From Squalus acanthias (lineage: Eukaryota): a stretch of DNA of 64,000 bases. A program made the position numbers and the translations under genes. The stretch is taken from NCBI GenBank assembly GCA_030390025.1, contig CM059446.1:42532001-42596000 (forward strand), written 5' to 3'. Positions 40,920 to 54,440 of this stretch are shown one piece after another (positions within the stretch are counted from its first letter, which is position 1; every line of letters starts with the position of its first letter). The notes below the pieces were generated by a model that did no database searches, was not told where the DNA came from, and worked only from the letters and a program-made list of their open reading frames with translations.

Positions 40920-43821
40920 TCACACCACAATTTTAGAACAGTGCAAACGTAACAGTACACTTAAAAATAATAAGGTTTTTAATTCACCAACTTACAGAAA
41001 AAGCAATTAAATGAAGGGAGGAATACTTCACTTGATATACACGAAACACCGTCCAGTCAGACAATTGACAAAACTCATGGACTTAAGTATCCTATATATA
41101 ACTGACAACAAAGAGGACCAAAATACCAAGTATTTTTGATTGGTTCCCATTTTCCACCATCCCCCCAAGACAGAATGGACTATTCCATCAAATAAGCTAC
41201 AATTAGAGGTTCCACAACATTAATCATGACTTATGAATCTCAGACCAAATGTGATAAACAAGTGTCTATATGTTGGAATCAGGCCAGTGTCGGAGTATAA
41301 CAATTCTCCAAGGAAGAATCTTTCAATACATGGTGAGGCATTCCTGAAGCACAGATAGTACACAATTCTTTCCAAATAAGTATCTTGCAAAGCTTTTGTA
41401 CTCTGCTAAAAAGGCTAGGAGCTCTCTGTGCACCTATTTGCCAAAAACAAGCCAAATGCACCAAATTTTAACTGGTGAACTCAGGCAATGACATGACTAA
41501 GTAAAACATCAGCTTGCTGGATTATCATCCCAATATATTTATGCTTTGGAGTGTATCCAAATCAGTGTGCCAAAATATAATACCCTCAACCACCTGTCTG
41601 TTCAAATTAGTACAAAATGTAGGACTTCTGAGTTGTCCTTCAGTGAAGTGGCTTTTGATGGATACTGCAAATATGTTCTTGCATGCCTCAAAAATATCTG
41701 TATATAAACAGTACTTTTAAAACTGTTGCAGAGTTGACAGAATAGATTTGAGGTAGAAATCTCTGAAGTAAAACACAAATCCAATTTTCGATTCTTGACA
41801 TTACAATGGTAAATTTAAAAAACTGGTGTTGGCATAATTGAGTTATGGCAAAACTTTGTATCTTATTTTCCTATATAGATTTTAGAACAATGTGATGCTG
41901 AAGCAATTTTTAAAAATGGTGTACTATATGTACATTAGGTTACCTAGTATAAGTATTGCTTTCCTTGTTCTTTAGAGTTCATCTTCCAAATGCAGTGAGG
42001 ATTTGCCAATATCCAAAGAGGAGAGCTCACCTAAAGGATGCTGTCCCTTTAAAGAAAATTATGTCCTTTATCCCTAGGCAGTCACTTTTGTCAGGTGATC
42101 TTCCATCAACCAACTAAGGCCCTATTCTGAATTGTATCCTTCGTTCTTGGACTGGAAAGAACACACTTTCATTTAGATAGCGCCTTTCACATCCTCAGGA
42201 TGTCCTTTGAAGTGTAGTCACTGCTGTTATGTAAGCAAATGCAGCAGCCAATTTGCACAGAAGGGCCCACCAATACCAAGAGATGAATGACCAATTAATC
42301 TGCTTGTGATGTTAGATGATGGATAAATATTTGGCAGAATCTTAATTCCCTCAACCATGACCACTAAAGCGGCAGAAAAAATTATTAGAGACAGTGCAAA
42401 CAATGCAACACAAATTCAAACTAGCAGCACCAGACTAGGGAGAGAACTGTGGAGCACATTTACAACAATTTTCAACGTGGAGACCAAATTTCTATCAATG
42501 ACGAGTCCGACGATACTTGCCACAAGTATTTGAACATTCTTTCACAGACATTTAAGATTATACCAAAGTAGTACAGAGACTCTGAAGACCTAAAAGTTCA
42601 GGTTAGTTGGGAGCACTTTATTTTCAAAGTGCTTGTTATTGTCAGTTATCAAAACAAGATGATAACACTTGATGCAAATTGCTCCAGGTAGCTGCCTTCC
42701 AGTGCTGGGAAAAATCTTCTGCATGTTGGCACACAAAGTGACCTTGACACTAGTAGATAATCTCAATGTTCTCTGGTGGTTCCTGATCTACTAGGGAATA
42801 ACACAAGCAGTTATATTATACAATCCAATTCTCTAATCTCAGTATACTGATGAATTTACCGAGCCTTTGTTCCTTTGAAGGAACAACTGCATGAACAGGC
42901 AAATACTTGAGTTCCAAGGAAGAGGCAAGTTCTAGGTACAAGGCGACACTTCCTTTCAGTGGAAGAAATGTGAGGTGACAAATAACATTTCAGTTCTACA
43001 GTTTTCTGAGACAAGTGAAACTCGCTTAAATTTTCAGCAAAACTGAAGATGTGTTCTTACAATTCTACTCTGTGCCAAACAAGATCCAACGGGTCTACCA
43101 AAGTGCACATCACTACTCCACCCACACGCCCCCCCATTCCCCCAACTGAAATCAGGACCAACAAAACCAACTGTAAGTAAAATTTGGGGCCATGGGTTCA
43201 AATGATTCGGACATCATTTTTTCTCCGAACCAAATTCCAATCCCAAGTAGGAATTAACTGAACAAATAGCTTGACGTCCCAGGCTCCTTTCATGAACCTG
43301 GGTGATCTGGAATTAAATTTTCTACCATTGACAAAAGAAAACGTGCTTATATTTGCCACACAGACTCTTAATAAGCTTGGTGAAAATTCCCAGACATCAA
43401 TCAACTGTAATGCTGCACTGCAGACATTATATAGCTGGAAAAGTTCCATTCCAGTGGATTATTGTTTTGCTTTAGGCATCACCTTCCCCATTTGGCACCC
43501 CATGTCTTCAAAACGGTCACTTTATTTGCCAAAAATGGTTCAATCTCAAAAGTCATCCTATCGAAGGGAGGATGCCAGCACATCACTATTTGTGAGAGTG
43601 AATAAAGTCGGTGTTGAAAGCATCCACTGTGATGTTCTCTACCACAGCAAAAGTGCTGAGCAAATGATCTCGTGAAATTTTCACTGCTCCGACATCAAAT
43701 TGTCATATATTGCTGATGTTATTTGTCTATATGTACACCAAAAGGACACAATATACTACCAATCTTTAAAATAAAATGAACTATTTTCACAAAAAGAATT
43801 GCTGAAAATTATAGGGATGTA

Positions 43822-44186
43822 CAGGAAACTCTTTATTAACCGGCACCGACGGGACCGGCGTGGTGCCGGTTAATCAAAAAGTCCGGATAACGGAGAGTTA
43901 TATCTCCCAACGTACGAGAGCCCCGTACACATTGACATGCGCCTGCATTCGGAGCTCCGTCTCTCCGGGGACCGCCAGCTGACCATCTGTCGTGTCCGCT
44001 GCCTACCCGGGCTGCACATTCCCCTCCCAATCTACACGCTCCGATACAAGGCAAACGCCTCGGGGGTTTTTTTTAAAGTTAATTTTAAACGAGAGATGAA
44101 GGAAAACCCCGGTTACCTACTCAAGAATTTTGCCGGTTAAGAGAGATTTCCGGATATTTGGGTGCCGGTTAATAAAGAGTTTCCTG
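43822..44186. mobile_element. Tigger-like MITE
   Basis: TA|CAGGAAACTCTTTATTAACCGGCACC ... GGTGCCGGTTAATAAAGAGTTTCCTG|TA, a perfect 26-bp TIR. Confidence 0.88.
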
Positions 44187-45004
44187 TAGTGTGGGCAGAT
44201 AACAATCTTTCAACTACTGTCATTTGCTTTCAGAAACAACTACATTTTATAAATATTCTAAATATTCCAATATTCAACTTGGCTTCAGAATTACCTCATT
44301 TATTTAACGAAGATTTCAGATGATGAAAATCAATGTATTAGCATTATTATCTTCCTAGTAGAACAAATGTTCCATTTACCTCCAGGGGTGTTTTGCTTAT
44401 TCAACACTGCAACCAAAATGTTTTACAAACTCCTCACGTCTTTACGCAAAGGCCTCAACAGAAGAACTGAAATCCTGAAATATGCGGTGGTGCTTTTAAA
44501 AAATGTATAATTACTGTTACTCGTCAAAAGCTAAATGCAATAATTTGAACATTTTTAAGATATTGGATACATAATGTCAGGGGACTGTTCCTTGACATTA
44601 TTACCATACCCATTTTTGTTTTAATAACCATGGTTAGATAAACTGATGGACACTATTGGTCAAAGGACTGCAGAAGGGGAGAAATGAGAGATATCTGCCA
44701 TTATGGTTCTGACCAGTAATGTTAAATCTTAAAGAACTATAGAAGCAATCGAAGAGAAAAAACAAGTTGAAGATCACAACTGCAACCTAAAAACCACTTT
44801 AAGGTTAACAAAATAAGCCTGTAAACCTCCAAATTAATCTGAAATTACCATATTTAAAAACAGAAAAAGTCTAATGAAAATAATAACTAAGAAAACACTG
44901 GAACATTTATAGACAATAAAGAATGTAAACCACTACAGAAAAACTGTTCACTAATGCATCATATAAAAAATTCAACCCATTATTAAACTGTGCTTGTTAA
45001 TATA

Positions 45005-45256
45005 CAGTAAACTCTTGTTTAAACGGCACTAAATCATCCGGAATTCTTTAATAACCGGCAAAATAGATAACCGGTAATCTTGCCGAATCCATTCATTTTT
45101 CGTTTTTCCGAGTCCGAGTTTCCCACGGTGGCCAAGTTAGTCCGTGGTTTTTATTTTTTTGTGTGTTAAAAATTGCCTACCTCTCTGTTATCCGGAATTT
45201 TTCATCAACCGGCACCATCCCGGTCCCGTAGGTGCTGGATACGAAAGAGTTTACTG
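45005..45256. mobile_element. Tigger-like MITE
   Basis: TA|CAGTAAACTCTT ... AAGAGTTTACTG|TA, about 60 bp from the exon 5 donor. Confidence 0.85.
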
Positions 45257-45318
45257 TATATTTCTGATGAAAAGCAGCATAACTTATGGCTATTCAGGTC
45301 TGCTAATGCAATACTTAC

Positions 45319-45441
45319 TTGTATTCATCGTAGACTTCTTGTTTGGGCAGTGAAGTATCTGGGTGGTCCTCCAAATGATTTCGGATCCAGTTAAAAGCAT
45401 GCATTTGCTGGGTACGACTGGACGATAAAGAACTTGGATTG
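45319..45441 (-). CDS. RFX7: RFX7 exon 5 (123 bp), start of the DNA-binding domain
   Basis: CAG acceptor 45444-45442, GTAAGT donor 45318-45313. Encodes [40 protein letters not shown]. Confidence 0.96.
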
Positions 45442-47306
45442 CTGCAAACAATGAAGAAATGTCCGTTCAGTGAAAAAAAAAAATCATGCAAACCGTGCTG
45501 CAGCTGTTCCTCCACTTTAATAGATATTTACCAAGAAATTATGAAGACTGATAATATTAAATGCATCCTTATTTGCTTCCCATGACAAATTAATGAAGTT
45601 ACTGGTGAATTAATTGGGCAATTTATCATATAATTTCAATCACTTTCTACTTTGAAAAGTTTCTGGAAATTGTGTTAATCCTCATTTTACAAAATTCCCA
45701 TTTTTCCTTTCTCCAGTTAACAAATCAGGAAATATTGGTCAAACACAAATCTTTTTTATGGTCATCTATCTTAATACTTAACCTAAAAGCTCACTTGTAA
45801 TTTACTACATTACTCAATGTTTACTGCATCAATAAGAACACATGTTTAGAATCTACTTTGTGGCCAGTTAAGAAGTTAAAGTTATTGAAAGCTCAAAAGA
45901 AACAGATCTTCAAGAACACTACTGCACTTTCTTAAATAATTTAACTTCCTAAAGGTGGCTTTAACCCTCTATTGTTTAATGGCAGAACCTCAATTGGAAA
46001 TGTTTATACTGTGATGTACAAACCTGAAGGAAAATATCTAAGTTCAAAATAATTTAGAACACGGCCCTAAATAAGCAAACTAGCTGCAAAACGCAGCAAA
46101 TATTATCTCTGAATTCAGCATTTCTTCAGAAGCCACAATGGAATTTGTACCCTTGAGTCAGTCAATTGACAAACTGCACTTGGATCATTGCACAAAATAT
46201 AAGTTAATAAAAAGTTGCTCATTGGTCACTGTTGCATATTGATCATGTTAGAACTGCATCAATATAGTATCTAGATACCGAATTTAGTTTTTGGAAATAT
46301 TTGGAATGAAATACACATGAATTATGATAAGCTACCATACAGTAAAAGGTTGGACTCCCCGGTCAACCCTACTGGTTGCAGCTTGTTGTAATAGTGTAAA
46401 GGTGTGGTGCCATTTATCACAAAACTGAATTAGTCAACTGCACTGTATTTCTATGTGCGTGCATGTATCACTGGACTCACTCATGCTTGCAGAGATATAT
46501 GGGCTCAGCAGAAATAATCAGCTGGATAGAAAGAGTTTCAAAAGAATTTTCCCCCAGCCAAAAACAAAATAATTCAGTTACTTTAACAATAATTAGCGCA
46601 TGTTTGAGACAAAATTGAAAATTTGCAATTGTGAATGGCCCCCATCAGAGGTATGATGATTATTCTTCAAATCTAGTTTAACCATAACATACAAATGAAT
46701 AAACAGTCATCCAAATGAGAATGTGGTTTAAATTATGTATAACTGAATGAACTTCCAAGATAGGTAATCTAACATTCATCCCAATTTCTTCAGCTTCCAC
46801 AAAATGAACCAGAATCATTCCAGAGTAAAAACAGAGGAAGGAAGCTCTCTGATTTAACAGTGGGAGAATGCAATATTGAGGCCAGCTTGTGAGCACTGCA
46901 GTACTCAACCACTTGTTCATCTGAGCTGTCAAACATTTACAGTAATGCTGCAAAGCACATAAATTACACCACGTGTCTGCCATGTAGATAGCATCAAGAA
47001 AAACCTTTTGCACAATGACACCGGATGTAACCATAACACAAATAGAATGAACTGTGCTTTTCAGGTGGCTCATGACCAGCTCAAGAACAATACATCCTAC
47101 CACCCAGTTAGTTAAATGCTATTTAGTCATGATTCTACGCAGGTTTTGTTGCCCTGAATAGATTGGCGCATGTGCTTAGCTCCATCTACAAAGGGCAATA
47201 AGGTCACAAATATTGATATTACATTTCTCTTTTAAATAGAGGATTGTGTGGCAATTAGAAGTTTGGCACAGTGAATTCCTAAAATACAAGAAAATTAATC
47301 ACAATC

Positions 47307-48016
47307 GCAAGTTCCAGGTTTAGGCATGCAAAGCACATGCGCTGAAACCCGGAACTTGCAATGTCAAGAATTCTCTTGACAGATCATCCACATACCCAAG
47401 AAAAGTGCCTCTGCGGGTAGAGAATTGTGCTATTTGCTCAACTTCCGCCTGCTAAAAAAAGGCCATAGATTTCTTACGCCTGGTAAAAGCAAGCGTAAGG
47501 CCTGCTTTTACCAGCATAAGAGTTTTAAAAAAATAGAAAAATAAGATTTTATCACTCACTTATAAATTAAAAACCCAGTCCAATAAGGTAAGGTTGTATT
47601 AAGTCCCGCTAAAACACATTAAAAAAAATTTAAATTTTTTTATTTTTGTTTAACATTTAATTAAATGCCATTTTAATTAATTTTATATATGTAATGGTTT
47701 TTATTTATTTATTTCAGTGTGTTGGTGCATTTTTGCAGTCATCCCCATTCTCACTTGACAGTTCCGTAAGTACGGAACTGTCAAAAGTATGAAGGGGGAT
47801 TTCCCTTCTTCCATTGGTTTGCCATGGCCCACGTGATCCCAGGGGCGCTTGCGAACCGCATGTGCCCCTGGGATAAGTGGGCCTCTGCGCATTTCAAAGA
47901 GGAGAGACCCAGGAGCGGAAACCTCGGTATCTATGGAGCCAGCAGGTAGGTTCGTAGAAATTTCTCTGATCGGAGGCATCCGCCCGCAGGAAGCCTCCGA
48001 TCGGAAATTCAGGGCC
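47307..48016. mobile_element. One-ended non-autonomous DNA transposon relic
   Basis: Ends in GAAATTCAGGGCC, similar to the 12934 terminus. Begins at an internal hairpin and is bracketed by a ~95-bp direct duplication. Confidence 0.55.
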
Positions 48017-50546
48017 ATTGATATTACATTTCTCTTTTAAAGAGGATTGTGTGACAACTAAAAGTTTGGCACAGTGAATTCCTAAAATAGAAGAAAATTA
48101 ATCACAATCTTATCAGCAATACATGTATTTAGATTGTCCAGCTTTAGAGGAAGAGGCATTTCTTTTGTAGTACAGGAAGCTTCATACCCAAAATCAAAGC
48201 AGTTAGCCAAGGAGGGCAAAAAGGCCCCAGAAAGAAAGCACCATCAGCTACTGTCTCCACTTCCATGCCCCAGGACATTAAAGGAGGTAGCAAAGCAATT
48301 GTTGAGGTGATTAAAAGAGATGTGATATCATCTGAGTGGAGTGTCAGGGTTAAGGGGAGTTGGAGTGTGTGAGGGCTTGTGAGAGAGTTGGGGATAGCCA
48401 TTTCCAGTGGTGGAAGATAATGATGGAGATAGCCATGGTACTTCAAAGTTGGTCATTGTACGTGGAGTACTTTGAGACAGTTCTGAGACATGTTAAGGTG
48501 CTACATAAATGCATTCTTTTTCTTCTGTCAGCAGGCAATATAACCATGGACGACATCACAGTAATCACCCAATGTTCACGTGTACTTTCCAGTATTCAAC
48601 ATTGGCTGGTTATTTTCTCGCCTTCCCAGCCCAGGGATAGTCAAGCTAATAGGCCCACTCCAACTATTACCCCAGCTCAGAACAGCTAACAGCACAGGGC
48701 AATGATTCAACATGCAACCCTTTGGTCTCTATGTCTTAGTACCACACCATGCTGAAGTCTTCTTTCAATAAGCTTTTGAAGAGTGCGCCCTGGTAGTCAA
48801 CTTGTGCCAACACTTATGGGAAAGGCATTGGTGGGTCAATGAATGTAACTCTGAAGAACAATGAGGGGAGACATGAACAACCTCAATGTTCGAAGTGAAA
48901 AGGTATTAGCTGATAGCCAACTGACTGCTGTGGCAAACTCACAGTTGATAGAAGATGAGATAGTTGTCAGCAAGGCACTGGATAATGATCCTGCAACCAA
49001 ATGCTTTATTAATAAGACAAGTTTGCTTACTTTTGTCTCTTTTCCGCTTTGATTCTTGCTTGAGTTTGGTGCTGGTGGGAGTTCAGACCAACACTACCTA
49101 CAATTTAAATTTAAACACAGAGGGATAGCATTGCAGGGAAGCCTCGTGATGTGTGCAGAGTGTGATACATCGGCCATCACAATTCCTCCGTGTAAGCAGA
49201 AACCGAGTCTCTAGGGCAGAGGACCATTTGGCCACACCTTACAACATCAGAGAGGTTGAGGGGTTTCTGGATTATACTCTCCAGAATGTGGTAATCCAAA
49301 ATGCCGTGCTAGACAATTCAGGACACATGGATAGTGCAGCATGAGAGAAGTGGTGACCATCAACCAGAGTAGCAAGGAAAGGCTATACTAAAAGGATGGC
49401 CTCCACCTGAACCAAAATCCTTGCAGAGAGGGTAAATGGGAATTAAGCTAATATGGTAAGGGGTGGGGATTGTCTAGCTTAACACGAATAAATGTGTGGG
49501 GGAAAAAACTACTGAATGTTTCCTGCTGCATTAAGAAAACTTTGATCAATGATATAAAAATAAATCTGGGCACACTTACAGCAAAACCTGCATCAGATAT
49601 GGGAAGAACCTTGTTACCAATATTACCACTATATAATATCAGGGTCTTAGAGGGGAAATTGTCCCAGTGTTTCCTCTTTTTCTGCCTACCCCCATTTTGG
49701 ATGTCAACATATTCATCTACTGGGGGAGGGTGAACAAGTTAAATTAAAAAAAGGAATGCATTTTCTTCCATTATTAGTGCCTCCGGAGCTGTGCACCTCC
49801 AAAAACAGGAAGTCATGGTAGGTGGCCGGCTTCCAGCTTACCAATACCAATCTCAAGTGGCTGCTAGGGCTGCAAATGACCATGAAGGCAGCCCATCTGA
49901 TTTAATTTCCCTCCCTTCCCTGCAGCAGCAAGGTTGAGATTAGAAACTTAGTGGAGTGAATCCTCCACTAATCCTCCATTGCTCAATGACACCAAGGGTG
50001 CTTCAAACTGCAGTGCCATTCTGAAACCTTTTTTTGTCCTGCAAGTTGGTCGTCCATTTAAAACTTCAAAACTGAATGTTCAAAAGCTAAATTGTGAAAA
50101 TATTTAGCCGAATTAACGTGAAACACTTTTAAGCTTAGTTTCTCTTGTAATGAAGAATTGCTACAGCCCTCAAAAGGTTAAGTATATTCACTTATGAATC
50201 CTGCAAATGTACAATAACATGATAAATATAGGTAGCTAAAATTAACAGTCTGTGGTATTTTTCCAACATGCTTGGAACCTTTTAACATTCACTCGTCCAA
50301 GTAAATTAGAAAGACACTATTAATTATTTTTCATTAGATTATGGTTTCTGCACTTCATATATACAATTCATTTTATAACACTTAAAATAACGGATTTCTC
50401 CTCCTCAAAATGTTTAATTTATTTGATAGCACAAGCGTCAGAGAGCATTTGTTGCTGCTCATTTTGTACAACTAGTTACTATTTATAAACAGTCAGTTCC
50501 TTGAAAAGCTAAATAAAGAGCAACAGAATATGGATGTTGGCTTTAC

Positions 50547-50629
50547 CTTTTGTTTCCATTGCTAGGACCAGAAGGCAACTGAAGGTAGAGGTAGAGTTTT
50601 TCTAGATCTGTAAACTTCATCACTTCTTG
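50547..50629 (-). CDS. RFX7: RFX7 exon 4 (83 bp)
   Basis: CAG acceptor 50632-50630, GTAAAG donor. Encodes [27 protein letters not shown]. Confidence 0.95.
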
Positions 50630-51885
50630 CTGAAAGCAAAAAAAAAAAATTAATTAAAAGTACAAATATTTTTTGGGAAGTAAATTAAAAGCACAAGACA
50701 AGAAAGATAAAAAATAAAAACGGGATAAATTCCGCTGTTAAAATGAGACTTCCAAACCAAGTGTGGCACCAAATTGGAGACACGGGTCTCATCAGCGACA
50801 TCTCTACAGGAAAGCAGCCAGCAAAGGCTGAGCACAACCGTCTGACTGTGCACTATTTACCACCTTTTCAGGTAGACAGAACATGGTTGGCATTCGAAAG
50901 GATCTCTGGTGCAAGATATCTTTAAGGGGTAATTCTTAATCCCATTATACACATTCTTACGCAAGGCATGCACAAGGGTGCAGGTTTCAGTTCATAGGAC
51001 ATCTGTTTATGAAAACTGCCTTTCTACCATGAGCACGAGTTAAAATTGTTGGAAGAAATACAACCCTCATCACATTTTTATAGGGTACATAATACTGTTT
51101 ACATCAAAATAGGCAGATTTTGAATGTACTTTTAAGCCAAGTTTAAAAATCTCCATCCCATTACTCAAGTGTTTCCACTTGGGACCTTGTTCAGTTGTGC
51201 ATATACACACACAGAAAGAATAATGTTTTCCTCTGCAACATGTAATCAGTATCTTAAAGAGAGTAAGCAAATTATTCAAGGAGAAAGGGAAAACATTCAA
51301 AATATCCAAGTCAGACAACTTAAAAGACAAAAATGCACTTGACAGAAGAAGGGAGTACTGAGTGTGTTCAGTGCACTAAGTATCATTATTGACACAAAAG
51401 AGCTTCGACATGGATTAGCTATACTGTTTAAAATCCTACTCAACTATGTTGCAATATACCAACCAAATTTCTGGGAAAAGCTATACAACCTCACTCCAAC
51501 ACATGCAGCTTTGTCAATGATGCTGGGAACAGCCAACCCAGAATGCACCTCAGGAAGAAAATAATTTCTCTTAATTTCAGAATATTTGGCAGAGCATCTA
51601 CTAGCTATACAATTATGGTGTTGTATATAGATCATGTCACACCTAATGTGAAAGTAGCATGGAACATCATGTTCCACTTTTGTGATTGGCTGAAGTAATT
51701 TCCTGTTTCGTTAAACATGTTGATTTGCTCAAATACTGGCAGGTATTTGCCAGCACTACGAAAAAATGCACAAGGAACGCATGTAAAACTAATCAATTTA
51801 CTCAAAACTTTTTCACACCTACCAATCTGAAAGTACTACAACTAAATTCATTTTGGTCAGCTCAGCTGAATTACTTCACTCCCTT

Positions 51886-52319
51886 ACAAAAGCAAAGTAC
51901 TGCAGATGCTGGAAATCTGAAATAAAAGCAGAAAATGCTGGAAATACTCAGCAGGTTAGGCAGCATCTGTGGAGAGAGAAAAACAGTTAACGTTTCAGGT
52001 CGATGACCTTTCATCAGAACTGGAAAAAGTCAGAGATATAACAGATTTTAAGCAAGTTCAGAGGCAGGGAAAGGGGGGCAAGAACAAAAGGGCAGGTCTG
52101 AGATAGGATGGAAGGCAGGAATGATTAAATGACAAAAGGTATGATAGTACAGAGCAAAAGGAGATGGTAGTGGACCCTTCCCTTTTGTTCTTTCCTCTGT
52201 TCCATCTCTAACTTTTTCCAGTTCTGATGAAAGGTCATCGATCTGAAACGTTGACTCTGTTTCTCTCTCCACGGATGCTGCCTGACCTGCTGAGTATTTC
52301 CAGCATTTTCTGTTTTTAG
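51886..52319. mobile_element. Penelope-like fold-back insertion (family B)
   Basis: TSD ttcactccctt at 51875-51885 and 52320-52330. Inverted arms, one with a ~37-nt extra tail. Hammerhead motifs at 51984-52022 (-) and 52220-52256 (+). Confidence 0.8.
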
Positions 52320-52577
52320 TTCACTCCCTTGTTGTCGGTTCTGAACTAGCCTGGCCGCTTCAGTCATCTATATCCCTTCTGTGACAAGTCACTCTTGACA
52401 TTGTCTATCCAGCGCTTCCTTGGTCTATCTCAGCTTCTTGTTCCATGTACCTCTGTATGCAGGGCCATGAAAGGTATTCTAGATGTTTCCATTCTTGAAA
52501 GGTGTCCAAACCATTACAGTTGTCTTTCTTGGATCTTCTGTATAAGCGTTGTTGCTTGTCCAAGCCATGCTATAAAA

Positions 52578-52757
52578 ATCATAGAGCACAGAAGGAGGCC
52601 ATTTGGCCCATCGTACCTGTGCAGACTCCTTGAAAGAGCTATCCAATTAATCCATCTCTCCATCTCTTTTCCCATAGCCCTGCAAATTTTTCCTCTTCAA
52701 ATATATAGCCAATTCCCTTTTGAAAGTTACGATTGAATCTGCTTCTACCACCTTTTC
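52578..52757 (-). mobile_element. CR1 3' end fragment
   Basis: Similar to 31216-31410. Related short tails occur at ~21415-21610, ~55185-55390 and ~60240-60460. Confidence 0.7.
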
Positions 52758-53315
52758 AACCCAAGTCATCCCAAAACATGCTACCCATTTTTAATCCATC
52801 TATCTATGCATATGTGGAGTCATTTTTTTGAGATTGTGTTGATCCAGCATCTTTTATTGACAGGGCTGTCAAATAATGGGCAAAAATTAGAATACCTAAT
52901 CACACATCAACTAAGATGGTTAACAATCCAAACTAATTGGAATGCGCGTAACAGTTACCACAAAATAGTCAGTCGTATTTTTTCCAGTAGATATTACCAT
53001 ATTATAATCTGCTGCATCTCTTTCCTTTCTTCCTGCCCCCAAGCAAAATATACCCGTCCCAGGCACCACCTTTGCATATACTCTGTGCCCAGGCACAAGC
53101 CTTGGCCTTACGTAGGTCCACTCCTCAGAATGCATCATCATGCAATTATATGAAGTCAGCAGTGCATTCAGTCCGACTTAATTTTCAAACTTATCATTGC
53201 TGAATTAAGTAATGAAGAAGTTCAGTTAAACAAACTCCCAACTCCAGCCCGGGAAGCACAGCACTGCACAACACACCAGGAGGTGGGAGAGAGTTCACAA
53301 AGAACAATGCTGTTT

Positions 53316-54440
53316 AAGAACATAAGAATTAGGAGCAAGAGTAGACCACACGGCCACTCGAGCCTGCTCCACCATTCAATAAGATCATGGCTGATCTTCG
53401 ATCTCAACTCCAATTTCCTGCCCTATCCCCATATCCCTTAATTCCTCTGGAGTCCAAAAATCTATCAATCTCAACCTTGAATATACTCAACGACTGAGCA
53501 TCCACAGCACTTTGGGGCAGAGAATTCCAAAGATTCACAACCCTCAGTGAAGAAATTCCTCCTCATCTCAGTCTTAAATGGCCAACCCCTTATCCTGAAA
53601 CTATGCCCCCTAGTTCTAGACTCCCCAGCCAGGGGAAACAATCGCTCAGCATTTATCCTGTCAAATCCCCTCAGAATCTTGCATGTTTCAATGAGATCAC
53701 CTCTCATTCTTCTAAACTCGAGAGTGTAGGCCCAATCTACTCAATCTCTCCTCATAGGGCAACCCTTTCATCCCAGGAATCAATCTATTGAACCTTCGTT
53801 GCACTGCGTCTAAGGCAAGTATATCCTTCCTTAAATAAGGAGACCAAAACTATGCACAGTACTCCATGTGGTCTCACTAGAGCCCTATACAATTGTAGCA
53901 AGGCTTCCTTACTCTTGTACTCCAACCTTCGAGCAATAAAGGCCAACAAGCCATTTGCCTTCCAAATTGCTTGCTGTACCTGCATGCTAACTTTGTGTTT
54001 CCTGTACAAGGACACCTAAATCTGATCAACACTTAATAGTTTCTCACCATTTAAAAAATATTCAGTTTTTCTATTCTTCCTACCAAAGTGAATAACCTCA
54101 CATTTCCCCACATTATACTCCATCTGCCAACTTATTGCCCACTCACTTAACCTGTCTATATCCCTTTGCGTCCTCCTCACATCTTACTTTTCCAATAGCT
54201 TTGTATCGTCAGCAAGCTTAGATGAAGGGACCGAGTGCAATGTATCCAAGTCATTAATATAGATTGTAAATAGCGGAGGCCCAAGCACTAATCCTTGCTG
54301 CACCCGTTTATCCCTACTCTCTGTTTTCTGTCAGTTAATCAATCCTTTATCCATGCTAATACAATAACCCCAAGCCCATGTGCCCTTAATCTTACGTAAC
54401 AACCTTTTATGTGGCACCTTATCGAATGCCTTTTGGAAAT
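53316..54440 (-). mobile_element. CR1 LINE fragment
   Basis: Encodes MRGDLIETCKILRG...ESRTRGHSFRIRG and LYRALVRPH; collinear with 6658-8185. Confidence 0.88.
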
